Shown: in pieces, positions 15,188-24,436 of the stretch | Layout of the letters: each line of letters begins with the position of its first letter | Numbering within the stretch: position 1 is the first letter of the stretch | Virus record (IMG/VR): IMGVR_UViG_3300022696_000140 | Location: 1 to 55,693 of that record | Strand: one strand, 5' to 3' | Length of the DNA stretch: 55,693 nt | Origin: a virus | Lineage: Duplodnaviria > Caudoviricetes | Translations under genes and position numbers: made by a program | Notes under the pieces: generated by a model | What the model saw: only the letters and a program-made list of their open reading frames with translations | Database searches by the model: none | Told to the model about the DNA's origin: nothing

Positions 15188-15949
15188 CTAAAGAACAACC
15201 TCTTCTATATTTTCATTTTCAAAATCTCTAACATTAAAATCTTCTTTTGTTATTGGAAAATTCTTTCCTTTTGAAATCCATTTTTTAGTAAAAATATCTT
15301 TTTGTTTATTCCAAGAAGGTTTAAAAGCACCGTTTCCGGGTGATGAGTGTAACAAAAATATGTCAGCAACAGCCACTTTATAACCCATTTCCAAAACTTT
15401 AAAACAAATATCTAAATCATAAAAATCATACCCATCAAAATTCTCACTATCAAATCTCAAACCATTCAATAATAGTTCCCCTCTAACAGCAAAGAAAAAG
15501 CCATCAACACAAACAAGATCATCAAAAAAACCAACAGAACCTTTAACCAAATGATAAGATTGAGCACCGTTCTCTTGTTGTAAATGACCTCTCAAATCTT
15601 TTGAATCATTCATCCACCACGCACATTTTTCATTTAATTTTTTTGAACCAACAACACCTAAAACACCAACATCTCTTTTTTGATCAAACACATGTTGAAT
15701 CTTATTTTTAAAAAATGGGTCTAACAAAGAAACATCCTCATGTATAAAACATATAACATCATCATTACCAATAGAGTTTTGGCTTAATAGTTGTTCTATA
15801 CCATGATTATATTTTAAAAATATGCTTTTCTGCTCTTCGCCCTTTGTTTGCATTATTTCAGCACACATTATACGATGTTCAGTCAAACTTTTTTTTAAAT
15901 AATCCTCATACTTCTGCTCATTGTTTACAGCACACATTACTTTAACCAT
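15188..15949 (-). CDS. Glycosyltransferase family 2-like protein
   Basis: KYNHG, CFIHEDV, VDGFF, FDGYDFYDLDIC. Confidence 0.85.
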   Translation of the reverse strand: MVKVMCAVNNEQKYEDYLKKSLTEHRIMCAEIMQTKGEEQKSIFLKYNHGIEQLLSQNSIGNDDVICFIHEDVSLLDPFFKNKIQHVFDQKRDVGVLGVVGSKKLNEKCAWWMNDSKDLRGHLQQENGAQSYHLVKGSVGFFDDLVCVDGFFFAVRGELLLNGLRFDSENFDGYDFYDLDICFKVLEMGYKVAVADIFLLHSSPGNGAFKPSWNKQKDIFTKKWISKGKNFPITKEDFNVRDFENENIEEVVL

Positions 15950-15951
15950 AT

Positions 15952-16806
15952 TTAAACACTCACAGGATAAGAAATAAAAGAATCGTGTTCATAATCTACT
16001 AACTCAATATCTTTATATTTCCATTCAAATATATTTTTAAAATTTTTAATATAAAGATTTGGTAATTTTTTAGGAGTTCTTTTCAATTGGACATTCTTGA
16101 CTTTATCTAATTGATTTTTATATATATGCACATTGGATAAAAACCCAGTCAAACATCCTTCTTTATATCCAGTTTCTTGACACAATAGTTTTAATAGTAA
16201 AGCATATTGAGCAATGTTAAATGGTAGTCCAATAGGAACATCAACACTTCTCTGATACCATGTTAAATTCAATCTATTACCAATAATATCAACTTTCCAT
16301 AAAACATGGCAGGGGGGTAAAGCCATATGATCTAATGCTAAAGGATTCCAAGAACTACACAAAAGTCTTCTATTGTTAGGATCAGATCGAATTTTATCTA
16401 TAATAAATTTCAATTGATCGACCTTAGTTGAATTTTCGACATTCGGATCACTAAAACCTCTCCACTGGACACCATAAATTTCACCCAAATCATTTTCTTT
16501 TTTCATATCTTGTAGAGTTTTTAGGTTTGTTCCATATTTAACTTTTTTAGGATTAGCCCAATTATCCCATATATGACAATCTCTGTCATGTAGAAATTTT
16601 TTATTGCCAACACCTTTAATAAACATTTCAAGTTCAGCGGACACCTTATAAATATTTATCTTTTTAGTTGTTAACAATGGAAAACCATTTTTCATATCGT
16701 GCTTAAACATTGTGGATGGTATTGTTAGACAATCTTCACCAGTCCTGGTAGAAACCCAATTCCCATTGTCGATAACATCCTGTAAAATATTCAAATATCC
16801 AATCAT
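15952..16806 (-). CDS. thyA: Thymidylate synthase
   Basis: FPLLTTKK, YGVQWR, MALPPCH, YQRSVD..GLPFN. Confidence 0.96.
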   Translation of the reverse strand: MIGYLNILQDVIDNGNWVSTRTGEDCLTIPSTMFKHDMKNGFPLLTTKKINIYKVSAELEMFIKGVGNKKFLHDRDCHIWDNWANPKKVKYGTNLKTLQDMKKENDLGEIYGVQWRGFSDPNVENSTKVDQLKFIIDKIRSDPNNRRLLCSSWNPLALDHMALPPCHVLWKVDIIGNRLNLTWYQRSVDVPIGLPFNIAQYALLLKLLCQETGYKEGCLTGFLSNVHIYKNQLDKVKNVQLKRTPKKLPNLYIKNFKNIFEWKYKDIELVDYEHDSFISYPVSV

Positions 16807-16810
16807 AATA

Positions 16811-17050
16811 TTATTTTTCTCTTTCTTCTATTTCTATCCGTTTTAATATACCATACCACTCAGAGGATGGTGCTTTAAATCCCAAAGAAGTTAAATGATG
16901 ATCATTCTTTAAAATAGCAATCGCAATGGCCCTATATGATGGCGCAAAATTTAAATCTTCTATTCTAATAGGAACTTCATCTGGAATATCTTCTGGATAG
17001 CCTTTATCCTTCCAGTTATTTATGTATTCTTCTATCTTTTTTTTAACCAT
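16811..17050 (-). CDS. Small protein resembling the DUF3440 C-terminus
   Basis: WKDKGYPEDIPDE...PSYRAIAIAILKND, similar to SWKRLAITILKND of 18342..19661. Confidence 0.75.
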   Translation of the reverse strand: MVKKKIEEYINNWKDKGYPEDIPDEVPIRIEDLNFAPSYRAIAIAILKNDHHLTSLGFKAPSSEWYGILKRIEIEEREK

Positions 17051-17430
17051 TCAACCAACCTCTCAAGTGCTAAATTATCCGCTTTTTGTTGATTTTCTAA
17101 AGACAGTAGTTTAAATCCATGTCTAAATATTGAAGGTATTTTCATATCATAACACACTGATGCCTGACCAATCCATGCAATTCTATTAATAGAGGGATTT
17201 GTTAAAAACTGTTCGCATGAATATGGCCAATTATCAAAAACGTTATTAATATTATCATTAAACCTTTTTAAATCTTCTAAAAAGAAACAATACTCTAAAA
17301 CACAATCATCTTTATCTAAATTTTTAGGGGGAACGGTATCAAAAAAACCATATTTAACACACTCCCACTTTTCCCAATGGTGATATATTCTTTCGACTTT
17401 AGGTATTTTTAATTTTTTGTTCATACTCAT
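17032..17430 (-). CDS. Hypothetical protein of the PAPS-reductase/ParB operon
   Basis: YHHWEKWEC, WPYSCEQFLTN, NRIAWIGQA; overlaps neighbours. Confidence 0.75.
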   Translation of the reverse strand: MSMNKKLKIPKVERIYHHWEKWECVKYGFFDTVPPKNLDKDDCVLEYCFFLEDLKRFNDNINNVFDNWPYSCEQFLTNPSINRIAWIGQASVCYDMKIPSIFRHGFKLLSLENQQKADNLALERLVEWLKKR

Positions 17431-17956
17431 CTATATCAAAATCCTCATCGACTTCCCAAGATTCAGAAAACGATTTATTCTCAAAAAGACTTGCAACTCC
17501 AGTTATTTGCTTTAAACGAAGTAATTCATCTTTAGACATTCCAATATGTTTACATATCCAAGCATCACCCTTCCCCATTTCTACTAATTCAGAAACTATG
17601 CTAGACATAAGATCGACATTGTGAGAGCCTCTTGCTCTATTATGTCTAATTGTAGATGCCATTCTATCACTAATATCTTTTTCAATAACAACAACAGGCA
17701 ACATACCATTTTCTCTATCATATATTCTTTTACTATTTTTAATAGTTAAATATCTATGAAAACCATCAACAACAATATACAAATCTTGATCGGAATCATA
17801 AAAAGTCACGACTGGTTGAGTATAACCATCTTCCCATATAGAAACTTCTAACAATTCCATTTCTGGTGGTGCCACAGAATTTGGGTTATAATCATTAGCT
17901 TTAACTTTTTCAATAGGAACTGCAATAACATTATACACTGGAGATTTGAATGACAT
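17399..17956 (-). CDS. ParB/Srx-like protein (IbrB/YbdM family)
   Basis: ANDYNPNSVAPPE, DGYTQPVV, VVDGFHR, STIRHNRARG. Confidence 0.92.
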   Translation of the reverse strand: MSFKSPVYNVIAVPIEKVKANDYNPNSVAPPEMELLEVSIWEDGYTQPVVTFYDSDQDLYIVVDGFHRYLTIKNSKRIYDRENGMLPVVVIEKDISDRMASTIRHNRARGSHNVDLMSSIVSELVEMGKGDAWICKHIGMSKDELLRLKQITGVASLFENKSFSESWEVDEDFDIDEYEQKIKNT

Positions 17957-17961
17957 ACCAA

Positions 17962-18345
17962 TTACCTTTCATAAGAACCATCAGTAGAATGAACTTCTCT
18001 ACCTTTAAGTGGTGGATTAAAAACACATATCAATATAGTTTCTTCTAAAGCCAAAAAACTATGTGCATCATTATCATCTAAAATATATATAAAATCTTTT
18101 TCTATAATAAACTGTTCTTTCGTTTTTTCATTTGTGACAATACCCCTTCCTGAAATACAATAACAAGATTCTAAATGATTCTTATAGTGCCAAAAATATG
18201 GCCCACCTTTATTAACAATGGTTTTTGTTAATGTATACCCCATAGAATCGCTTTCTAATAAAATTCTTAATGAAATAAAATTATTTTTAGGACAAATAAC
18301 TTCTCTTTCAGTATTTTTCAAATCATCTACTTTCACAACTTTCAT
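17962..18345 (-). CDS. Ectoine synthase (EctC)-like cupin, orphan
   Basis: SLRILL..D.MGY, WHYKNHLESCYCISG.G, Y.LD..DAH, CVFNPPL.G.EVH..DGSY. Confidence 0.85.
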   Translation of the reverse strand: MKVVKVDDLKNTEREVICPKNNFISLRILLESDSMGYTLTKTIVNKGGPYFWHYKNHLESCYCISGRGIVTNEKTKEQFIIEKDFIYILDDNDAHSFLALEETILICVFNPPLKGREVHSTDGSYER

Positions 18346-19661
18346 TTTTTTCTACCTTTAATGTCTATTTTTTTATACTTTTCTTGAATATATCTCTGCC
18401 TCTCCATTTGTTTTTTTGTAGGAGCCAACCCAAGATATTTACAAACATGATCGTTTTTTAAAATAGTAATAGCTAATCTTTTCCAAGAAGCAACATCAGA
18501 ATTATGACAGGATAAAAAATCTAAATGATCTGGATAATGTGGTAATTTTACTAAATCCATATTCTTATTCCCATGTGCAGTTTTTCCTCCTATTTTAAAA
18601 TAAACACCATACTCTTTTAGTTCATTTATTGTTTTTTGGGGCAATCCGCGACCCACTCTACCCCAAACAATGATAGACTGAATGAATCGAATTTTAAAAT
18701 TTTCAGAAACCTCTTTCGGTAAAGTATTTAATAAAAATTTAGTAAAACTTTTCCATGTATGATTAGGCGGCAATTTGAAACTTCTATAATTTAACTGTTT
18801 TCCATATGTAGCAATAAAATTAGCACCACCAACTCTAGCACAAAGTTTAGCCCAAACGTTAGGGTCTATCACTCTATACAATCCTAATGAAGATTTAGAT
18901 TCACTCATAAAAGGAGAAGCCACTCTCATTTGATGTATAGACAATCCAGCTTTATAAAAAATATCATACAATTTATTATAATCCCATTCAAATTTAGCAT
19001 TAGCAATCCAAACGTCTTCTGTTTTCCAATCGTATATTGGGTAGCAATTATACACATAATCAGTGTTCTTTTTAGTCCACATATGACCACCATGAACTGT
19101 TTTACGTGTGTTCATAATAGACCTAAATCTATTTAAAGATTCCGCAGTTCTAATACCAATCAAACACGCCGTTTCTTTTCCTTGAGAATACCAATCACCA
19201 AACTTATCCCAAAATTCATCATAATTCATATTTTCTTTAAAAAAGTCGAAATTGTGATTTTTTAAATTAACAACATATTCTTCTTTTGGCATAGGTCTAA
19301 TCCACTTATCTTTATCATCCTCACCCCAACATTGCCAATCTACAGAATAAGAACTAATAGTACATGGTAATGTTATAGGCAAACAACACCAATAAACATC
19401 TAATAAATCTAAATTATCTTTAATTATTTTATGCATAAAATTTAAAGAATGTTCATAATTTGCTTCATTATCTAATGTCATCAACCCTATTTTTTTTGTT
19501 ATATTATTTTTTCTCATATAATCTAAAACCAAATTCAACATAACTCCACTATCTTTACCCCCAGAAAAAGATAGATATATTCTTTCAAAATTATTGAATA
19601 TATATTCTACTCTTTCAATGGATGCTACATATACATTTTTATTTTTATTGTATTTTCTCAT
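18342..19661 (-). CDS. PAPS-reductase/PP-loop + DUF3440 protein (IbrA/YbdN family)
   Basis: SFSGGKDS, GIRTAESLNR, YPIYDW, MRVASPF, ILKND. Confidence 0.92.
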   Translation of the reverse strand: MRKYNKNKNVYVASIERVEYIFNNFERIYLSFSGGKDSGVMLNLVLDYMRKNNITKKIGLMTLDNEANYEHSLNFMHKIIKDNLDLLDVYWCCLPITLPCTISSYSVDWQCWGEDDKDKWIRPMPKEEYVVNLKNHNFDFFKENMNYDEFWDKFGDWYSQGKETACLIGIRTAESLNRFRSIMNTRKTVHGGHMWTKKNTDYVYNCYPIYDWKTEDVWIANAKFEWDYNKLYDIFYKAGLSIHQMRVASPFMSESKSSLGLYRVIDPNVWAKLCARVGGANFIATYGKQLNYRSFKLPPNHTWKSFTKFLLNTLPKEVSENFKIRFIQSIIVWGRVGRGLPQKTINELKEYGVYFKIGGKTAHGNKNMDLVKLPHYPDHLDFLSCHNSDVASWKRLAITILKNDHVCKYLGLAPTKKQMERQRYIQEKYKKIDIKGRKK

Positions 19662-19669
19662 AAATACTC

Positions 19670-20548
19670 CTAAAATATTTCATCAATAAGATTCATCAGA
19701 TAACCACCATCAATATTTTCACCATCTTCAAACTTCTTTTCAAGATTAGAAATCATAACACTAAAATGTGTTGTGTCCACACCAATCAATTGATCTTTTA
19801 AAGTGTGAATATTATCCAAATCTAATTTAGATATTTGCCAAGCCATTTTTAAATATTGCCCAGCATTAATAAACCATCCACGATTAATAAATTTTCTTGT
19901 TCTAAATATAGAACAAATTGGATATAAAGAACCTTGATATATTAACTCTTTATTTATAATAGATTCTAACGCTTCAGGTGGAAGTATTAACTCATTGGTA
20001 GAAACATTAAAGGAGCATGTACAATGAACAAAGTCATAATTCTTGTGAATATCTTTAGCTTCTCCACAAAAACGAAAAATTAATTGAATTTTATTAGATA
20101 ATGTTATGGCATTAGAAGAAATAAACACTGGATTATATTTATCCGACTTTGAATTATCATTAACTTTAGGTTTGCCAATACTTCCCATATCTTCAAAATC
20201 TTCATCATTACTATCACCAACAACGCCGATAGATTTAACAAAAATATCAACATGATCACCACTAATGCCAGTATAAACATCAATATCTTTTATAGAATCT
20301 TTTAAATTCTTTGGTGGTTTTTTCTTAAAAACACCAATGTAATAATCCGCAACTTCTTTGGCAACCTCAACGTTTTTGAAATAAATATCATAATCATTCA
20401 CTTCTTCGTTTGTTAGCAAAGATACTATCGAACCACCAGTCACTATAACATTGTCTAAACATTTTTTCTTTAGGTCTTCATTCTCTATTGAATTTACCCA
20501 AGAGACTACTTTTTTGTGCAAAACTTTCTTAATACTTTTTGAATTCAA
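19670..20548 (-). CDS. Putative Pol-beta-type nucleotidyltransferase
   Basis: VTGGSI...NDYDIYF, YDFVHC, RKFINRGW. Confidence 0.65.
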   Translation of the reverse strand: MNSKSIKKVLHKKVVSWVNSIENEDLKKKCLDNVIVTGGSIVSLLTNEEVNDYDIYFKNVEVAKEVADYYIGVFKKKPPKNLKDSIKDIDVYTGISGDHVDIFVKSIGVVGDSNDEDFEDMGSIGKPKVNDNSKSDKYNPVFISSNAITLSNKIQLIFRFCGEAKDIHKNYDFVHCTCSFNVSTNELILPPEALESIINKELIYQGSLYPICSIFRTRKFINRGWFINAGQYLKMAWQISKLDLDNIHTLKDQLIGVDTTHFSVMISNLEKKFEDGENIDGGYLMNLIDEIF

Positions 20549-20550
20549 AA

Positions 20551-21495
20551 TTACTCCCTTATGATTCTCATCAATTCTATTAAAAGTGCTGAAAAATTAA
20601 TTTCTTTATTTATAACAAATGAATTTCTATATTCATATTCAGCAATTTCTAAAATTGCTTGAGGCCTCTTTTGTGGTGGAATTTTAGGTAAAAGATTATC
20701 ATAAAAATCTTTAAACAACTCTTCAACGTTATAATTTTTTTCAATTATAAATTTTCTTGCCTTTTCAAATTTAGCTTCTAATATATAATCATATAAAGAA
20801 TCGTCAATTTTTAAATAGTCAAAAATATTATCATCGATTCTACCATTAATATTAGAATACTTTTGACAGTTTTGTATAAGACTTCGAATGTCTGGAAAAT
20901 AAACATCGACCAATTTTACAATAGTGTCTAATGAATATTCAATATTATTATTTTTTAAAATAGCTGCCATTTTTTTAATAACCATTGGTTTCATCTGCTG
21001 TACATTTTTTTCATCTTTAAAATTAAAATCAAAAGACTGTACTCTTGATAAAAGTGGCGTTATTATTTTAGACTTATAATTGCATGTTAAAATAAATCTA
21101 CAACTATTGTGATATTTTTCAATAAATCCTCTTAAAGAATCTTGTAGTGCTCTTGTTGCACCATCAAACTCATCTAAGATCACAACTTTAGGCTTTCCAG
21201 ACAAAGATTTAACACACGCATAATTTTCTATTCTATTTCTAACAACATCAATACCATTTTCTAAAGATGAATTTATATATAAATAATCAGCATCCATTTC
21301 TAAACAAATAGCTTTTGCTAAAGTGGTTTTTCCACTTCCTGGATTTGAGCTATATAATAAGAGATTTGGTATGTTTTTTTCTTTGATGGCTTTTGAAAAA
21401 AACATTTTATAACTTCTTGGTAGAATTATATTCTTCAACGTTAGAGGTCTATATCGCTCAACCCATAGAAACTGATTCTTTTTATCTACTGCCAT
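20551..21495 (-). CDS. 44: Clamp loader large subunit (gp44)
   Basis: WVERYRP, PGSGKTT, LDEFD, RFILTCN. Confidence 0.95.
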   Translation of the reverse strand: MAVDKKNQFLWVERYRPLTLKNIILPRSYKMFFSKAIKEKNIPNLLLYSSNPGSGKTTLAKAICLEMDADYLYINSSLENGIDVVRNRIENYACVKSLSGKPKVVILDEFDGATRALQDSLRGFIEKYHNSCRFILTCNYKSKIITPLLSRVQSFDFNFKDEKNVQQMKPMVIKKMAAILKNNNIEYSLDTIVKLVDVYFPDIRSLIQNCQKYSNINGRIDDNIFDYLKIDDSLYDYILEAKFEKARKFIIEKNYNVEELFKDFYDNLLPKIPPQKRPQAILEIAEYEYRNSFVINKEINFSALLIELMRIIRE

Positions 21496-21937
21496 TATTA
21501 ATACTACCTCTTTTTTTATTTGATAGTGCAATTTGTTTACTATATTTTCTTCTCATTCTACGATTCATAAAAGTTAGATTGTTTTGAAAGTTTTCTCTAT
21601 TCTTTTTTCTATCTTCCTTTGAATATATACATGGACACGGAATAGGTCTTTTATTTTTATGGTCGACACCAATAACTCCTACACCATTACAATCTCTACA
21701 ACTTTTATTTGGATTATTAACCTCCAAACCCAATTTTTGAGAAATCAATTTTATCTGTTGGAATTTTGTTAAATTCTTTTGATCAATTATTTCATTAGTT
21801 TCTTCATCAATAAAAGCATTATTGTTAGCCTCAATATCATAATCTGGTGTATAATAATCATCCAAATTAAAATCTAAATTATCATCCAAAAATTCTTCAT
21901 TTTCTTCGTTTGTCACAAATCCCTCCAAAAAAGTCAA
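21482..21937 (-). CDS. Hypothetical protein with CxxC...CxC
   Basis: CRDCNGVG, CPC. Confidence 0.7.
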   Translation of the reverse strand: MTFLEGFVTNEENEEFLDDNLDFNLDDYYTPDYDIEANNNAFIDEETNEIIDQKNLTKFQQIKLISQKLGLEVNNPNKSCRDCNGVGVIGVDHKNKRPIPCPCIYSKEDRKKNRENFQNNLTFMNRRMRRKYSKQIALSNKKRGSINNGSR

Positions 21938-22950
21938 AAAAACTGTTTTTTGTTTCTTTTATTATAATATTTTTCTATTGATTTAGCAACAGCACAAATA
22001 ACTTGAGGATTAACTGATCGAGCCAATCTTTCATATTTTTGTTTCCACGCACCAACTAATATAAAATCGTCTGGGAATCCCATCAACCTCTTAACTTCTT
22101 TTATTGTATGTCTTCTTTTTTCAAAAGGATGACATATACCACGAGCTGAAACATCAGATTCTGTTTGAACTAATGTACGACTCGGAAGATCCCATCTATT
22201 TTTTCCAAAATTGAATGCTTTATAATGATTTTCTCCAACATTTACAGAATCATAAAATTCGTATGCTTTGTATTTATTGGCGGCTTCAAATAAAAATTTT
22301 AATTCATCTGGATCATTTTTTATATTTTCAATAGCATCTTTAACAGATATTTTTTCTGAACTATATGTCGGGTTAGGATATGTAAAAGACCTATATAACA
22401 AATCATTTCGAACAGAAACAAAAATAACTCTTTCTCTATTTTGTGGAGCACCGAAATCAGTACCATTCAAAATTTTATAAAAACAAGTATAACCAATTTT
22501 CATAAATTGATGAACTATTTCATTTAAAACTTTTTTTGATTCGCCAATAGTTAACCCCTTAACATTTTCATTGACACAAAATTTCGGTCTTATCTGATCA
22601 GCCAATCTTATAAATTCAAAAAACAAATCATCAACTCTTTGCTTCTTGCTAGAATATGCTTTTACTTTGTTCCAGCCTTTTTCTCTTATGCCACTCATAG
22701 AAAAAGATGCACAAGGAGGACTACCGTCTAATATATCTAATTCACCAACATTCAAATTTAACTCTTTTAAAATATCCTCACCACACACATTTCTAACATC
22801 ATCAAAAAAAACTTTTGCATCTGGAAAATTTTTTTTATAACAATCGACAGCATTTTCTATAAATTCTACACAAGCCAGAACATCCATTCCAGCCATCTTA
22901 TAACCTAAGCTAGATCCACCACATCCAGAAAATGTACTAACAACTTTCAT
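21934..22950 (-). CDS. DNA cytosine-C5 methyltransferase family protein
   Basis: FSGCGG, GSPPCASFS, ENV, PQNRER; ATG 22950 overlaps the upstream stop (ATGA). Confidence 0.93.
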   Translation of the reverse strand: MKVVSTFSGCGGSSLGYKMAGMDVLACVEFIENAVDCYKKNFPDAKVFFDDVRNVCGEDILKELNLNVGELDILDGSPPCASFSMSGIREKGWNKVKAYSSKKQRVDDLFFEFIRLADQIRPKFCVNENVKGLTIGESKKVLNEIVHQFMKIGYTCFYKILNGTDFGAPQNRERVIFVSVRNDLLYRSFTYPNPTYSSEKISVKDAIENIKNDPDELKFLFEAANKYKAYEFYDSVNVGENHYKAFNFGKNRWDLPSRTLVQTESDVSARGICHPFEKRRHTIKEVKRLMGFPDDFILVGAWKQKYERLARSVNPQVICAVAKSIEKYYNKRNKKQFF

Positions 22951-23609
22951 TTTATACATAAAATCCCTACAAATTTTTGAGATTGCCAAAAAGTAGTTAC
23001 TTTTGAAAATCCAACATTTTTACACAATTCAATATTTTCTTCCAATGACATTTTTTTCATCATGTGAATTAGTTGATTATCTTTTTCAAAAATCTCTTCC
23101 AAACTAAAATTTTTTCTTTTATGATTATATATACTATTCTGCATTATAAAATCTAACTCAGAAAAATAATCAACCTTTTCACTAAAAACAAAACACCCCT
23201 TATTGTTTAACCATTTATATATTTTTTCAATTAATATCTTCCTTTTATTTAATGGAATGAAAACTAATGTAAAAAGAGAATAGACAAAAGAACAATTATC
23301 AAATTCCATGTTTAATATATCATCATTCAAAAAATTTATATTTTCATAATTTTTATAATATTTCTCAAAGGATTTTTCTATCTCAATTGCATAATAAGAA
23401 ACGTTTTTTTTAAAAACTGACATGTCTAAATAAATATCATTTAACATTTTTCCTGTAGAACTACCAATATCAACAACATTAGTATAATCATCAATAAAAT
23501 ATTTTGATATATCTTTAACATCCTGACACAATGAATCATAGTCTCTAATTGAATTAAAAATATGCTCATCAAATTCATTAGCCATATTTTTAAAAGAAAA
23601 AGTTTTCAT
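22947..23609 (-). CDS. CmoA-like (carboxy-SAM synthase family) SAM-binding protein
   Basis: F.F...A..FD.HI..SI..Y, DIGSSTG, FTL.F, SEK motifs. Confidence 0.8.
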   Translation of the reverse strand: MKTFSFKNMANEFDEHIFNSIRDYDSLCQDVKDISKYFIDDYTNVVDIGSSTGKMLNDIYLDMSVFKKNVSYYAIEIEKSFEKYYKNYENINFLNDDILNMEFDNCSFVYSLFTLVFIPLNKRKILIEKIYKWLNNKGCFVFSEKVDYFSELDFIMQNSIYNHKRKNFSLEEIFEKDNQLIHMMKKMSLEENIELCKNVGFSKVTTFWQSQKFVGILCIK

Positions 23610-24350
23610 TTAGAAGTCTGCTTCAAACTCTCTCGCGACAATCCCCAAATCGATATTATCATCATTCATATAATCAAATTTAACAAAATGCTCACTATCT
23701 CCATCAGAATCGGTTTCTTTAAAGATAGACACTCTATAATTCAAATCTGGTAGAATTGAAATTGATGTTTTTGAAATATTAAAATCAAAATCTTTATTAT
23801 TATCTTCAAGCTCCAATTTCTTTTCATAAGAGTTGCTATGATTACTATTGTGTAATAACACATTAACACTTGAGTCTTTTGAAGTCAACTTTACTTGTTG
23901 AATATCCAAAAGATTGGCAAACTTTTTCAATTCTTTAATAACAGAACTACTCAAATCAAAAGAAGCTAACAAATTTTTAAAACCAAATTTTTCAATTTCT
24001 TCATTTTTTGATAAAATGTCTGGGTCTTGTGTGGCATATCTTATTTTATTGGTATCTTTACTAACCTCAAAAAGAACTCTATCGATTTCAGAATCGACTT
24101 TAACACCAATATCAGGAGATTCAAAAGTATTAACCAATTGGTAGAATTCATTGAATTTAGTGAAGAAAATTTTCTCAGTCTTATCGGTAAAATCGAAAAG
24201 CTCTTTTTCAAATCTCAAAATATACGGATTGAATGAATTGTTTCTAGAACTACTAACGATGCTATCACCTTTACTACTAAGAATGATTTTGTTTTCTGAC
24301 ATTCCAGAAATTCGATCCAACAAATCCAAAACATTTTTATTGTACTTCAT
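23610..24350 (-). CDS. 45: DNA polymerase sliding clamp (gp45-like)
   Basis: 246 aa acidic protein; ILPDLNYRVSI resembles gp45 C-terminal motif; near gp44. Confidence 0.75.
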   Translation of the reverse strand: MKYNKNVLDLLDRISGMSENKIILSSKGDSIVSSSRNNSFNPYILRFEKELFDFTDKTEKIFFTKFNEFYQLVNTFESPDIGVKVDSEIDRVLFEVSKDTNKIRYATQDPDILSKNEEIEKFGFKNLLASFDLSSSVIKELKKFANLLDIQQVKLTSKDSSVNVLLHNSNHSNSYEKKLELEDNNKDFDFNISKTSISILPDLNYRVSIFKETDSDGDSEHFVKFDYMNDDNIDLGIVAREFEADF

Positions 24351-24436
24351 TTACAAACTCCTTTAAAAAATTCAAATCAATATTTTAGTATGTGTTAAAT
24401 ATTATACTTTTTAAGTTCATTGTCAATATATAAAAA

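Noticed and set aside
15952-16806. dCMP hydroxymethylase
   Set aside because: Full canonical ThyA motifs including the dUMP-specifying Asn
17962-18345. Complete ectoine biosynthesis as an auxiliary metabolic pathway
   Set aside because: No ectA or ectB in the window, and the gene is embedded in the ibrAB-like operon
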